38,722 nt of DNA from Octopus bimaculoides. Taxonomy: Eukaryota. The position numbers were made by a program, and so were the translations under genes. Below, piece after piece: positions 1 to 10,253 of this stretch. The stretch is from positions 82,831,562 to 82,870,283 of the forward strand of contig NC_068989.1 in the NCBI RefSeq assembly GCF_001194135.2. The letters run 5' to 3'. The notes below the pieces were generated by a model. The model saw only the letters and a program-made list of their open reading frames with translations, made no database searches and had not been told where the DNA came from. How positions within the stretch are numbered: the first letter of the stretch is position 1; each line of letters begins with the position of its first letter.

Positions 1-320
1 CCTAGACCTTTCATCCTTTCGGGGTCGATAAATTATGTACCAGTTGCGTACTGGGTCGATCTAATCGACTGGTCCCCTCCCCCCAAATTTCGGGGCTTGT
101 GCCTAGACCTTTCATCCTTTCAGGGTCGATAAATTGAGTACCAGTTGCGTACTGGGTCGATCTAATCGACTGATCCCCTCCCCCAAAATTTCGGGCCTTG
201 TGCCTAGACCTTTCATCCTTTCGGGGTCGATAAATTATGTACCAGTTGCGTACTGGGCTCGATCTAATCGACTGGTCCCCTCCCCCCAAATTTCGGGGCC
301 TTCTGCCTAGAGTAGAAAAG
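1..320 (+). repeat. Three tandem ~102-bp copies of the 3' half of SINE family A
   Basis: Unit cctagacctttcatcctttcggggtcgataaatt...gggccttgtg restarts at 1, 102 and 204; the last copy ends with the normal SINE tail gcctagagtagaaaag seen in other copies (e.g. 8168-8380 on minus). Confidence 0.9.
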
Positions 321-939
321 ATATAAAATACAATACGATATTTTCTGCGTCGAAGATCGTTCAGATGCTGTCCAGATCAGTTTCGCCTTCCTGTGGTTAA
401 TTTGTCAGCTCAATCGATGTGCGGTGCTGATCAGGAAGGAACGGCTAAAACTGTATTAACTAACCTAAGCATTTTGAGCAAAATATTCCAAAAGAAGGAG
501 TAAAAACAGAACAAGACTATAATTACTTAATATACAATGAATTTACAAATATTTTTCTTCTCTTATTTCTAAAGTATTCATGGGAAATAACGGTTCTATT
601 CTCACGTCTGGTTTTCATTTATTTCTTTTAAAACATGCTCTGTGCGTGTGTACTCGACTTTTTGGAAATTCTGAAATATGGAACATACTGTTTAAAACCT
701 CCCCAATAAAACATTTAATTGTTGGCAGCGATTTTAAGAGTTAGGTCCGGATTACAAATGTTGGTGAATTTGCAGAGTGGACAGAGCGTCGGATAGAATG
801 CTATGCGGCATTTGTCCCGGCTCTCTATGCTTTTGAATTCAAATCCCATCGAGGTCCTTTTTGTCTCCCATCTTTCTTAAATCGATATTTTTTCTCTTAC
901 TCTCCTGCCCTTTCTCTCCACCCATCTATCTCTGCCTCT

Positions 940-1290
940 TTGAATCGGTTACATTGCGCTATGAGAAAAGTCGTGTGAAGCCCAGCCACAGCGGTCATTT
1001 CCAAGAAATAGTGAGGGTGTTGAATGAGAGGCCAGCGACTTCTATGAGGAAAAAAATGAGGCAATCTTTCGTTATTGGTACATGACGTCATTCACCCACT
1101 ACCTTCCTTCATGACATAGACAAAGAGGCTTGTCTGAAACAGGTTGAAGGACGTCGTCTCGTCTCCTCACACCGATACTCTCTAGGCCAATATCGAAGGA
1201 TCGCCTGATGTAATAGTCCGTTATAAAATCGTCCAAGGACGGGCCTACATGCAGCTCTTGTATATAAAAGAAATCAACAGTCGAAGACAC
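940..1290 (-). pseudogene. Possible highly decayed L1/Tx1-type LINE APE endonuclease fragment
   Basis: Minus-strand frames give VDFFYIQELHV (cf. the D-x-x-x-x-QE-T-H motif), EGR*WVNDV, NERLPHFF and LFLGND in the expected order, across stops and frameshifts. Recognition from memory only. Confidence 0.3.
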
Positions 1291-1343
1291 CAGATGTCCA
1301 TTGGGTGATTGGTAGCAGGGTTAGTATTAATGACAGCAGTACT

Positions 1344-1496
1344 TACCGTATTTTTAACATGTATAAGGAATACCCTAATTTTGGGGGCTTAAGATTTGTA
1401 AAAAGGGTTTTGTAAAGAATTATAATACTATCCGTGTATAAGAAACTCCCATATTTTTTATACTAATTTTTGACAAAAAAATGGTTAGAATACGGT
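1344..1496. mobile_element. Tc1/mariner (pogo/Tc2-like) MITE, one end partly deleted
   Basis: Starts TACCGTATTTTTAACATGTATAAGGA and ends AATACGGT; the body is the reverse complement of the copy at 21311-21476. Confidence 0.75.
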
Positions 1497-1609
1497 GACG
1501 CAAAGACAGCACAGTCGCCAAGTTGGAACAGTAAAAAAAAAATTAAGTTTGTTTCATAAAAGATAAGCAAGTCTACGATATATTTATGAGAGTGTAGTGT
1601 TGTACGTAC

Positions 1610-1640
<31 letters not shown>

Positions 1641-2222
1641 CATGTGTTAATAGCACGGGAGTGTTTAGTAGAATGAATATTATATATATATAATATATAT
1701 ATGTGTGTGTGTGTGTATGGTGGCAGTAGTAGGTGGAGTTTTTCCCCTCCCCCTAAACCGTATAAATATTTATACATGTGTAAAAACTGTATGTTGTTTG
1801 TATAAGTGGTGTAATGCGGTGTGGCGGAGGCTGACGACTGAAGAAGAAGGAGGGGGGAGGTATGTTAATGGTGAAACTGGTTGTAGTTTGAGATTACAGA
1901 CTTAATACTGTGTTTATTTAGTAAGTTTGCTCTTGTGTTGTCGTTATTATACATTTATATGTAGTTTGTACGTGTCTATGTATGTGTGTGTGTGTGTCTG
2001 TTCGTCTGTAATAGCCATGGCTGTATGTAGTTAATTCATGTGTATTTGCTATAAGGTGTGTGTGTGTGTGTGAGATCTTACTACACATACACAAGTATGT
2101 ATGCGTACATATGAATGTGTGTGTATAAAATGCGTATGTATTTATGAAAGTGTTTGTGTGTGTGTTTGTCCACATAAGTGGTATGGCTCTATGTATGTTC
2201 TTCTCCGGTACACTACTAATTC

Positions 2223-2258
<36 letters not shown>

Positions 2259-2463
2259 TGGCACGATCGTTAGCACGCCGGGGCGAAATGCTTAGCGGTA
2301 TTTCGCTCGTCGCTACGTTCTGAGTTCAAATTCCGCCGAGGTCGACTTTGCCTTTCATCCTTCGGGGTCGATAAAATAAGTACCAGTTGAACACTGGGGT
2401 CGATGTAATCGACTCATTCCTTTCGCTAAAATTGCTGTTCTTGTGGAAAAATTTGAAATTATT
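2259..2463 (+). mobile_element. tRNA-derived SINE family A
   Basis: A-box-like tggcacgatcg, B-box-like gagttcaaattcc, then the conserved body gcctttcatccttcggggtcgataaaataagtacc; many other copies in the window. Confidence 0.85.
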
Positions 2464-2479
2464 ACGGGGAATGGGGGTG

Positions 2480-2622
2480 GATTAAGTTGATCCCAGGAAT
2501 ATTTGACTGGACATATGAAAAGCAAAATTAACTTCGGCGGGATCGTGGTCTGAGCTTAAAGCAGATAGGACCGGAACAAATACGGCAAAGCACTTTATCC
2601 GATGCACTAACGATTCTGCCAT
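2480..2622 (-). mobile_element. Decayed SINE family A copy, tail-to-tail with 2259-2463
   Basis: atgaaaagcaaaattaacttcggcggga...ctaacgattctgcc resembles the reverse complement of the family A head and body. Confidence 0.55.
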
Positions 2623-2677
2623 CAACACCACTCAGTAATAAGATAAAGTTAGCCTCAGTAACGATATCGTAACTTTT

Positions 2678-2940
2678 GTGATACGCCTCTCTGATCAGTT
2701 AAAGTAACAATGTTATGACACACACGTGGCTAGTCATATAGTAAGAATCTGGTGACGGTACACCTATCTAATTAGTATAGTAACTATGTGATGTCACACA
2801 CCTGTCTAATTATAGTAACAGTATTGACAATATTGTGACAGTAGAGCTGCCTAATTAGTTATGGTAACCTTATGATTCACGCCTTTTTAATTAGTTTATA
2901 GTATTTATAAAAATTGTGAGACACGCCTGTCTAACACAGT
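2678..2940. repeat. Degenerate minisatellite, ~38-45-bp unit, about 7 copies
   Basis: Recurring gtgac/gtgat...cgcctgtctaattag..tatagtaac motif. Confidence 0.6.
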
Positions 2941-3394
2941 AGTTTAAAAGAAGGTTAAGAATGCTTTCTTTCAAACACAGATTTGATTTCTTGATAAAAT
3001 GTTGGAGAGTTTCCTCCGTCACTAGTGAGGAAGCTGTTTGCCGCTGCCATCGCCGCCAGCAGCAGTATCATCATCAGCAATTGATGGTGGATATCGTCTG
3101 TGTTCGTAGTTAAAACTCCAATGAAAGACATACCGTGCTCTCGAGTTGGAGTCCACGTCCACGAGTGATGTGACGTAACGACTAGGTTACACTTGACCTG
3201 TCATTATACGCAAACTGTGATCAGAACTAGAGTCTGTGCCCAACAAACTGTAGGGTTCGACTAAGGCGATTACGTAACATTGGTGTGAGTATCAAAGAGA
3301 ACTCAAGACTCACAACAGCTGAATCCAGCTCTTCAAAGTACTGCATAAGTTTCTCCCGTGTCTTTAGTTTCTTCAGGGAATCGCACACATGTTC

Positions 3395-3567
3395 CTACTC
3401 CGCTACCAGTTCCCCTTCACAACCCTACACGGCACACCCTTCTCAACTCTGCTTCTGGTTCCCTCCTCCTTACACGGTACACTTGTCGCTACCCGCCTCC
3501 ATCTCTCCTCCACTACTCTACGGTTGTTAGAGAACTGGTAGCAGAGTAGCGAGAAGTGTACCGCGTA
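3395..3567. repeat. ~50-bp direct repeats plus an inverted copy
   Basis: 3395-3412 matches the reverse complement of 3532-3549 (17/18); 3475-3492 matches the reverse complement of 3546-3563 (17/18). Confidence 0.75.
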
Positions 3568-3734
3568 TGGCAATTGGAGGAGGGCGGTGAGGATGCTCAA
3601 GATTGATGTCACTTGGCCAAGGATTGACAGAACTGATCTCTTAAAAGTATATTACAGTTCTATATTTAAGAGATGAGGAATTATTTACATTATTTACATT
3701 TGACGGATATTTGTCCTCATCTTGTTTGTTGTTA

Positions 3735-3776
3735 GCACATTTCAGCTGATATACCCTCCAGCTTTCTTCAGGTGTC
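3735..3776 (-). ncRNA. Minimal type I hammerhead motif (core intact, stem III deleted)
   Basis: Minus strand reads gacac-CTGAAGA-a-agctg(gagggtatat)cagct-GAAA-tgtgc; it lacks the CGT present in the other arm. Confidence 0.65.
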
Positions 3777-3822
3777 TTGGGGAAATTTCGAACCTAGATT
3801 CTCATTCCTAAGGTATTTTCAA

Positions 3823-3869
<47 letters not shown>

Positions 3870-3939
3870 TCACTGCTTGGAATCGAACTCGAAATCTTGG
3901 AGTTAGTAGCCCGCGCTCTTAACCATTACGCCTTATGCG

Positions 3940-4014
3940 GGCATATGGCATAGTGGTTAAGAGCGCGGGTTACTAACCCCAAGATTCCGAGTTCGATTCC
4001 AGGCAGTGATCTGT
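3940..4014 (+). promoter_or_regulatory. tRNA-derived Pol III internal promoter (SINE head); mirror copy on minus at ~3865-3939
   Basis: A box TGGCATAGTGG (3946-3956), B box GAGTTCGATTCC (3989-4000), anticodon-like arm ggg-ttactaa-ccc; no complete acceptor stem, so not a tRNA gene. Confidence 0.75.
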
Positions 4015-4083
4015 ATGATAATAATAATAATAACATTGAAAAATACCTTAGGAATGAGAATCTAGGTTCGAAATTTCGACAAG

Positions 4084-4127
4084 ACACCTAATGAAGGCTG
4101 GAGGGTATATCAGCCGAAACGTTGTGT
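4084..4127 (+). ncRNA. Minimal type I hammerhead ribozyme motif (G5 mutated to A)
   Basis: acac-CTAATGA-a-ggctg(gagggtatat)cagcc-GAAA-C-GTT^gtgt: stem I acac/gtgt, stem II ggctg/cagcc, self-complementary AACGTT in place of a stem III hairpin. Confidence 0.7.
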
Positions 4128-4189
4128 AGCAACAAACAATATTAAGACAAATATCCGTCAAATGTAAATAATGTAAAAGTATATTGTTT

Positions 4190-4355
4190 TTTGGCTCCAG
4201 ATCGGCATTGATCTCGCAGACTTATTATCAAAAGCATTCCAACGCTATCTCGTATTCTTTCCATATGATGTATCACTTCCTTTCTGTACACAGTAAGTTG
4301 TGATTTCGCGGGGTGTTTGGCTGCTATTTCTAGCCGATCGAATTACTGTATAGAG
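4190..4355 (+). mobile_element. Dispersed repeat family D, decayed copy
   Basis: Shared motif gtgatttgagggagatttggctgctatttctagc and upstream aaaggcattccagc..gtgaccatcc; related copies near 19030-19210, 21500-21790, 25368-25560, 32430-32560, 33050-33285, 34080-34140 and 34305-34500. Confidence 0.6.
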
Positions 4356-5421
4356 CGGTTCTCTCTTTGCTCTGATTGTATAACGGATCATTTTTTACAT
4401 ATAAAAAGTTATTCCTTTTTCTGAAATCCTTAGTAAGTAATACTTTGATTGAAACGTCAGCTGAAAGTCTAAACGTTGCCAAGGTTACCGGAAGGAAAGG
4501 ATGAAAAATATTTGGAGGAATTTCGGTTCGGTGGGCCCCGATTGTCACCTCAGATGTGACCTACTCCCCGCCAAATGTTGAATAATTTTAGAATTCTTTA
4601 AAACGAAACGAATTAACGTGGTATTAACCCCGATGGAAATGGATTCAGAATAATAAATACCTCGTAACTGGGTCATATACGTTTCAATTATGTGATGAAG
4701 AATTTGCTATTAGCTCCTGCGCAATATCGAAAACTGGGTTTTTCTTTCACTTGCACCACAACCCTTCTATTGGAACCTTAGAATTGTCCTATATTGCTCG
4801 TGGGGTAGGAAAAGAAAAATATAAATCTTTTTTTTCATAGTCGCAGGTATGTGTGGTTAGGAAGTTCGCTTTGTAACCGCATAATTTCGAGTTCACTGTT
4901 ACTACAGGGTACCTTGGGGAAGTGTTATCTATTACTTGCCTTGGGCTGAATTGACCATTGCCCAATGCCTTGTGAATGAATTTGGTAGGTGAAAACTATG
5001 CGGTAGCCCATCGTGCGCGTGTGTGTGTGTAGAGAGAGAGAGAAAGAGAGAGTGTTCTGTTTTAACTCTTTCAAGCTGGGTGGTACAAATAAGGTACAAC
5101 TTATTTGTACCAGTTTAATGAGCGGTGGTACATAATTCGTACCGAAACTTAAAATTCTATTCGCTGCATGGTCGGTTGTACAGAAAACGTACCACTTCAT
5201 CTATCAGTCAATAAGAAGCTACCCTTACATCCGGCAACAGTTTCTTCGACGCAAACGGAATATTTTTTCAGTTGAATCCGTTTTGTGCCAAAGGTCAGTC
5301 GACGAAAAAAATCAAGATTACAAAGTTTTGTTATGAATTTTTGCCCTTGTAGAGTTTTTTTTTTTTTTTTGGCCTATCTATCTCGCCCTTGAAAGTCTTA
5401 TTAATATACTGCAATGTAGAT

Positions 5422-5673
5422 CAGTGGTTCCCAAACTTATTCAGGCTGCCGCCCCCTTGGTTCTAAGGCCACATTCTTAGTGCCCTCCCCCACTTACCAT
5501 TTCAGACTTAGACCATTTTCTGCAGCAAATCCAAAACAACAATATTTCACAAAATGAAACTTAACCTAATTAACCTTTTATTTTGTTTGTACCTTTTTAT
5601 CCATCTCGCCCAATTTTCCTTGAATCCACCGCCCCAGGGAAAGGGGCGGTGCCGCCCACTTTAAGAACCATTA
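5422..5673. mobile_element. hAT (Charlie-like) MITE
   Basis: TIRs CAGTGGTTCCCAAAC / TTTAAGAACCATTA; degenerate 8-bp flanks atgtagat / gtataaat. Confidence 0.65.
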
Positions 5674-5928
5674 GTATAAATGCATGGCCATCCGATGAGA
5701 AAACTTCATGCCAGTGTGTCCGATGTAGTTATCCGAGTTCTGTGGTGTACAACGTGTCTACATTGAAATTTGAACACAACTTTGATTGTGTGAAGTATGT
5801 TTTGTGACTTACTTGTTAGCTTGTGATATAATGAGGAAGTATTTTATTGCAGCTGTTTATGTAAGATAGTCTGTTGTGGTTAGGTGTGATAAATGCCGTG
5901 TTCAGTGTAGGAATCATCATCATCATCA

Positions 5929-5963
<35 letters not shown>

Positions 5964-6149
5964 GACATGCATTCTTTCTTATAACTGGGATGGTTCGTGT
6001 GATTTTTTTATAGAAGGTTCTGTTTGAGAAGGGGAGGAGGATAAATTTCTTTTTATATTGTTTTGCAGCTTGTTTTGAGTATACATTGTTATCTGCTGAT
6101 CTGAATGTGTACTACCACCATACCTACCTACNNNNNNNNNNTATGGCCT

Positions 6150-6290
6150 GTCATAGAATGACCTATAAAATGCTTAGCAGCAGTATAGGCAACATGTCAG
6201 ATAAAAAAAAGGGTTTCTTGTGAGTTTTTTTTTTTAAGTCTGACGAGTCGCCCATACTGCTAAACATTTTATAGGTGCGAAACCAATGAC
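6150..6290. repeat. Inverted repeat whose right arm carries a hammerhead-like core
   Basis: acctataaaatgcttagcag..tataggcaacatgtcaga versus tctgacgagtcgcccatactgctaaacattttataggt; CTGACGA at 6240-6246 and GAAAC at 6279-6283. Confidence 0.7.
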
Positions 6291-6299
6291 CACAGAGGC

Positions 6300-6448
6300 T
6301 GTTTCCGTCTACCAAATCCATATTAGAAGTTTCCGTCTACCAAATCTATAGGAGAAGTCACTTGCCTAAGATGACACGCAGTGAGACTGAACCTGGAAGC
6401 ATATTGTTGAGGAGCAAACTTCTCACCATACAGCCACGCTTGCGCCCA
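6300..6448 (-). mobile_element. SINE family B (tRNA head + CORE-like ttgggcaagtg), 5' part
   Basis: gtttccgtctaccaaatc (duplicated locally), cacttgcctaagatgacacgcagtgagactgaacc, cagccacgcttgcgcc. Confidence 0.7.
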
Positions 6449-6699
6449 TCCATCGACCCATCTTAAAAGTTCAATGTAGTGTCTCCTAAACAGACCCAAT
6501 AGCCAACAATGATTGTCATCTAGTTAAAAATAATTGCTGAGTATGAAGTATCGCTCAGAAAGATGAAAAAACCCCAAGTCATTTTGCCCTGTATCCCTCA
6601 TCTGAAAGCAACAAGGAATTCCTTTTAAGAACTGCTTTTGCAAAGACCATAAACAGGAGTCAGACACACACGCACGCACGCACGCACACACACACGCAC

Positions 6700-6857
6700 A
6701 CACACGTACAACGGGCTTGTCTGTTTTCGAGACTCACAAGGCTTTGGTCGGCCTGGAGCAATAGTAGAAGGCATTCTTGCAAAGTGCCGCGTAGTGGGGT
6801 TGAACCCGTAACTGCGTGGTTGGGAAGCAAACTCCTTACCACACAGCCACGCCTGCA
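6700..6857 (-). mobile_element. SINE family B, 5' part
   Basis: cacaaggctttggtcggcctgg...aacccgtaactgcgtggttgggaagcaaactccttaccacacagccacgcctgc. Confidence 0.8.
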
Positions 6858-7750
6858 CATACATACATACATACATACATATTTATATATATATATATAT
6901 ATAATACAAAATGGGACAGGAACGCAAAACATCCAGGCAGTTAGGTGATACAAGAAAGGGACAATAAAACATCCAGATAGACGATACAAAGAAAACAAGA
7001 ACAGGTCATATATATATATATATATATAAGGATAAGATCGTTAATTTAAATAACGATGAAATCCAGTGGCAGCATGAGAAGAAAAAACCTTATATGTTAT
7101 AATTATAAATAAGGGTATCTAAGAGATACCCCCACGCTTGAAATAGCAGTCAAAACCTGACTCTAAAACCACAAAATGTATTCAATACAGCATAAGGTGA
7201 AAAGACAAATAGATAAATAAACTAGTAAAAATTGGATAATTCCAGACCCTGTGTTTCTGGCTTTGTATAAAAATATATTCTGCTGTTGTCAATGGAATAT
7301 AACATGAATTGTACATGAATACTCATCTATATATATATATATATACATAAACATACGAATACTCACTTAAGCGTAGCTATGTGTGTACACAGAAGCGCAC
7401 ATACACACACAATGCGTATGTGCATATGCATTGGCACTCATTTTTAGCGGCACTTTGGAGACAGCCAAGATATACAGGTGTGTGTGTGTGTGAGTGAGAG
7501 AGACAGAGAGAGAGAGTGAGAGAGAGACATATACGTAATGCCACCATGTGTACTCAAATGTTGGTTCTCATGAAATCTTAAACGTTAATACCCGCCGCCC
7601 CTACCGCCGATGGCTCCCTTATTATCCGTCTACTTAATGCCTACCCGCATTTCCATCCGCCATCGCCGCCACCCCCTTCCCCGCTATGCATCACTCCGAT
7701 CTGCCACTTTAATCTTGGAACAAAAGTCAAGAGAGATCGTCTGCCTGACA

Positions 7751-7785
<35 letters not shown>

Positions 7786-8166
7786 GAGGAGGAGGAGGAG
7801 GAGATAATGGGGCTGGTGTGTTGTAAGCCTGATGTGGAGAGCGATGGGTGGTGTGTGTGTGTGCGTGCGTGCTTTGCTAATAGTCCTTCGTCGTTGTATT
7901 TAATGGTGTGTGTGTGTTCTTGCTAATGCGTTTATTTAATGTGTTTTTATAGTGTACGAGTGTAGATATACAAATATTGATATATGAAGAGGACGCGATA
8001 TAATTGTATAATGTAGATAGACACAGGTCTGTATGTGTATGCACAGAAATGATTAACGTGTATGTATGTATGTATGTATGTATGTATGTATGTATATATA
8101 GGCACAAACATATAAATGGCATATATCTATAGTTATATACAAGTATAGATCAACACAACAAGTATA

Positions 8167-8380
8167 CTTTTCTACTGTAGGTACAAGGCCTAGACATTTT
8201 TGAGGAAGGGGCCAGTCGATTAGATCGACCCCAGTACGCAGCCGGTACTTAATTTATCGACCGCGAAAGGATGAAAGGCAAAGTCGACCTCGGTGGAATT
8301 TGAACTTAGAATGTAAAGACGGACGAAATGCCGCTAAGCATTTCGTCCGGCGTGCTACCGTTTCTGCCAGCTCGCCGCCT
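8167..8380 (-). mobile_element. SINE family A, full length
   Basis: Reverse complement begins ggcggcgagctggcagaaacgg, includes B box aagttcaaattcc and the full body and tail. Confidence 0.9.
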
Positions 8381-8419
8381 TTAACCCCACACAATATAGA
8401 TTAGCGTATTTATGCCCCA

Positions 8420-8665
8420 CCCCACTACTTCTGCTCGTGATCAGAAATGCACATATCGTCAGCCAGCAAGAGACATGCTCAACTGGTTAAGGTCAAACAA
8501 CTGACAAGCAAATCTGTGTTATCGAGCCGAATATTTGCTGTAGCCGATTTTTTTTTTATACCAAGACAAAACATTGTACATGATAACACTTGCAATCAAT
8601 TAAGATCAAAATCAACGAGCGTCACTGCCTGGTACTGCATCAAGGCATTTACTATTATTATTATT
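8420..8665 (+). mobile_element. Probable LINE/retroposon 3' end with (ATT)n tail
   Basis: Non-simple sequence ending gcctggtactgcatcaaggcattt followed by (att)n; recalled as a common octopus repeat, unverified. Confidence 0.35.
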
Positions 8666-8886
8666 AGGTGGCGAGCTGTCAGAATCGTTAGCGGTATTTC
8701 GTCTACCGCTACGTTCTGAGTTAAAATTCCGCCGAGGTCGACTTTGCCTTTCATCCTTTCGAGATCAATAAATTAAGTACCAGTTGCGTACTGGAGTCGA
8801 TCTAATCGACTGTCCTCTTCCCAAAAAATTCTGGCCTTGTGCCTATACCAGAAAGGATTATTATTATTATTATTATTATTATTATT
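8666..8886 (+). mobile_element. SINE family A with short deletion in the head and (ATT)n tail
   Basis: ggtggcgagctgtcagaatcgttagcgg...gagttaaaattccgccgaggtcgactttgcctttcatcc...gcctataccagaaagg(att)n. Confidence 0.85.
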
Positions 8887-8976
8887 GGTGGTGGTGGTGA
8901 TAGTGTTCGTATTACTATGTATAGTGTTGGATGTAGTGTTACAGTAAGAAGGACTTGCTGCAGTGGTGGTGATCTT

Positions 8977-9350
8977 CTCTGGCTTGTTTCGGGGATTAGA
9001 CTGTGGCTATGCCGGGCACCGCCTTGAATAGTCTTTAATCGAACGAATCGATCCCAGTACGCTCTTTTTTTTTTAAGGTCCGGTACTTATTCTGTCAGTC
9101 TCCTTTAGCCAAACCGCCAGGTTATGGGGACGTAAACACATCAACACCAGTTGTCAAGCGGTATTGGGGGACAAACACAAATACACACACACACACACAC
9201 ACACAAGATTGGCTCCTTTTAGTTTCCATCTCACAAATCCACTGACAAGGCTTTAGTTGAATTCAGTCTATATAGTGGACGAGGTGCCATGCAGTGGGAC
9301 TGAACCTGGGACCATGTGGCCGAGAACCACACAGCCACGCCTCCTGCGCC
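8977..9350 (-). mobile_element. SINE family B, near full length
   Basis: From the 3' part (gactgtggctatgccgggcaccgcc) through the internal (CA)n to the head (cacacagccacgcctcctgcgcc). Confidence 0.85.
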
Positions 9351-9414
9351 TATGATTATATTACTAAACCTTGTATTGGCCGCCGTGTTGGTGTTTGTCC
9401 CATTATAATTAAAA

Positions 9415-9667
9415 CAGGTAAAATTCCTTTTTGAGCCATGGAAACTCATTGGATCAGTTCCCCCATTTCCATGGCGTATTTATTTGCCACCTGGACGGGA
9501 CATCGGTCCGTCACAGAATTATCCATTTTTGCCAGTTAATTGGACCGGAGCAACGTGAAATAAAGTGTTTGCTTAATAATACAACGCGCCACCTAGTCCA
9601 GGAATCGAAACCACAATCTTACGATCATAAGTCCAACACCCTAACCACTAAGCTACGCGCTTCCACT
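9415..9667 (-). mobile_element. tRNA-derived SINE family E (V-SINE-like body)
   Basis: Minus strand gtggaagcgcgtagcttagtggttaggg...gtttcgattcctgg (A/B boxes), then ttcacgttgctccggtcca and gatgtcccgtccagg, recalled as V-domain-like. Confidence 0.7.
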
Positions 9668-10206
9668 ATCCAATGTAATTAGTGTTGGCTTAATTATTAG
9701 CTGTGGTGGTTGTCCTCAAGCCAGTGTTGGCGGTAGTGGAAGTGGTGGGCACATCGTCTTTAAATGTTGGTGCTAATGCTGTAGTTAAAATAGTGGTCTA
9801 CCCGACTGTAGCTGAAGTGTCTTCTACCCTAAATGTCTCAGGGATATCAGGGTACGTACCCTCTATTTGCACACTGTTCTAATTACTGTTTGTACCGTTC
9901 AGACGTCGTTTGGCTGCTCAGATTACCACAAGGACACCTCACACACCACGTCACCTTTCCTGTCTCCACCCCACTAGACTTCTGCTGCTCTGTCTCACGT
10001 TTATACATAACCAAACACACACACACACACACACACATATATGGTATATTATATCTATGCACATTTCCTATAGTGGGTGTATGTGTGTGTGTGTGTGTGG
10101 GGGGGTCTGCATGTGTATGTCTTATAGATTTCTGTAATGTGTATTTGTCATATAAGCACGAAGTGTATACATAATTAATGACAAATGTCCATATACAAAT
10201 CAAATA

Positions 10207-10253
<47 letters not shown>

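Larger units (their letters stand above)
3654..4173. mobile_element. Head-to-head palindromic tRNA-SINE/hammerhead retroelement with 12-bp target-site duplication
   Basis: Arms are reverse complements about a centre at 3939-3940; direct repeat TAAAAGTATATT at 3642-3653 and 4174-4185; each arm has A/B boxes, (AAT)n and a hammerhead-like motif. Confidence 0.85.

Noticed and set aside
2955-3080. Short minus-strand ORF with a signal-peptide-like start (MMILLLAAMAAANSF)
   Set aside because: The hydrophobic stretch derives from (GCT/GCG/GAT) trinucleotide low complexity; about 40 codons with no supporting splice or homology evidence.
3940-4014. Functional tRNA-Ser(ACT) gene
   Set aside because: No proper acceptor stem, an unusual anticodon, and it is embedded in a repeat; treated as a SINE head. 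The same reasoning applies to the heads at 9600-9667, 12087 and 23608.
4692-4735. Hammerhead-like gtgatga-a-gaatttgc...gcaatatc-gaaa
   Set aside because: C3 is absent, stem II is imperfect and there are no stems I/III; compatible with chance.
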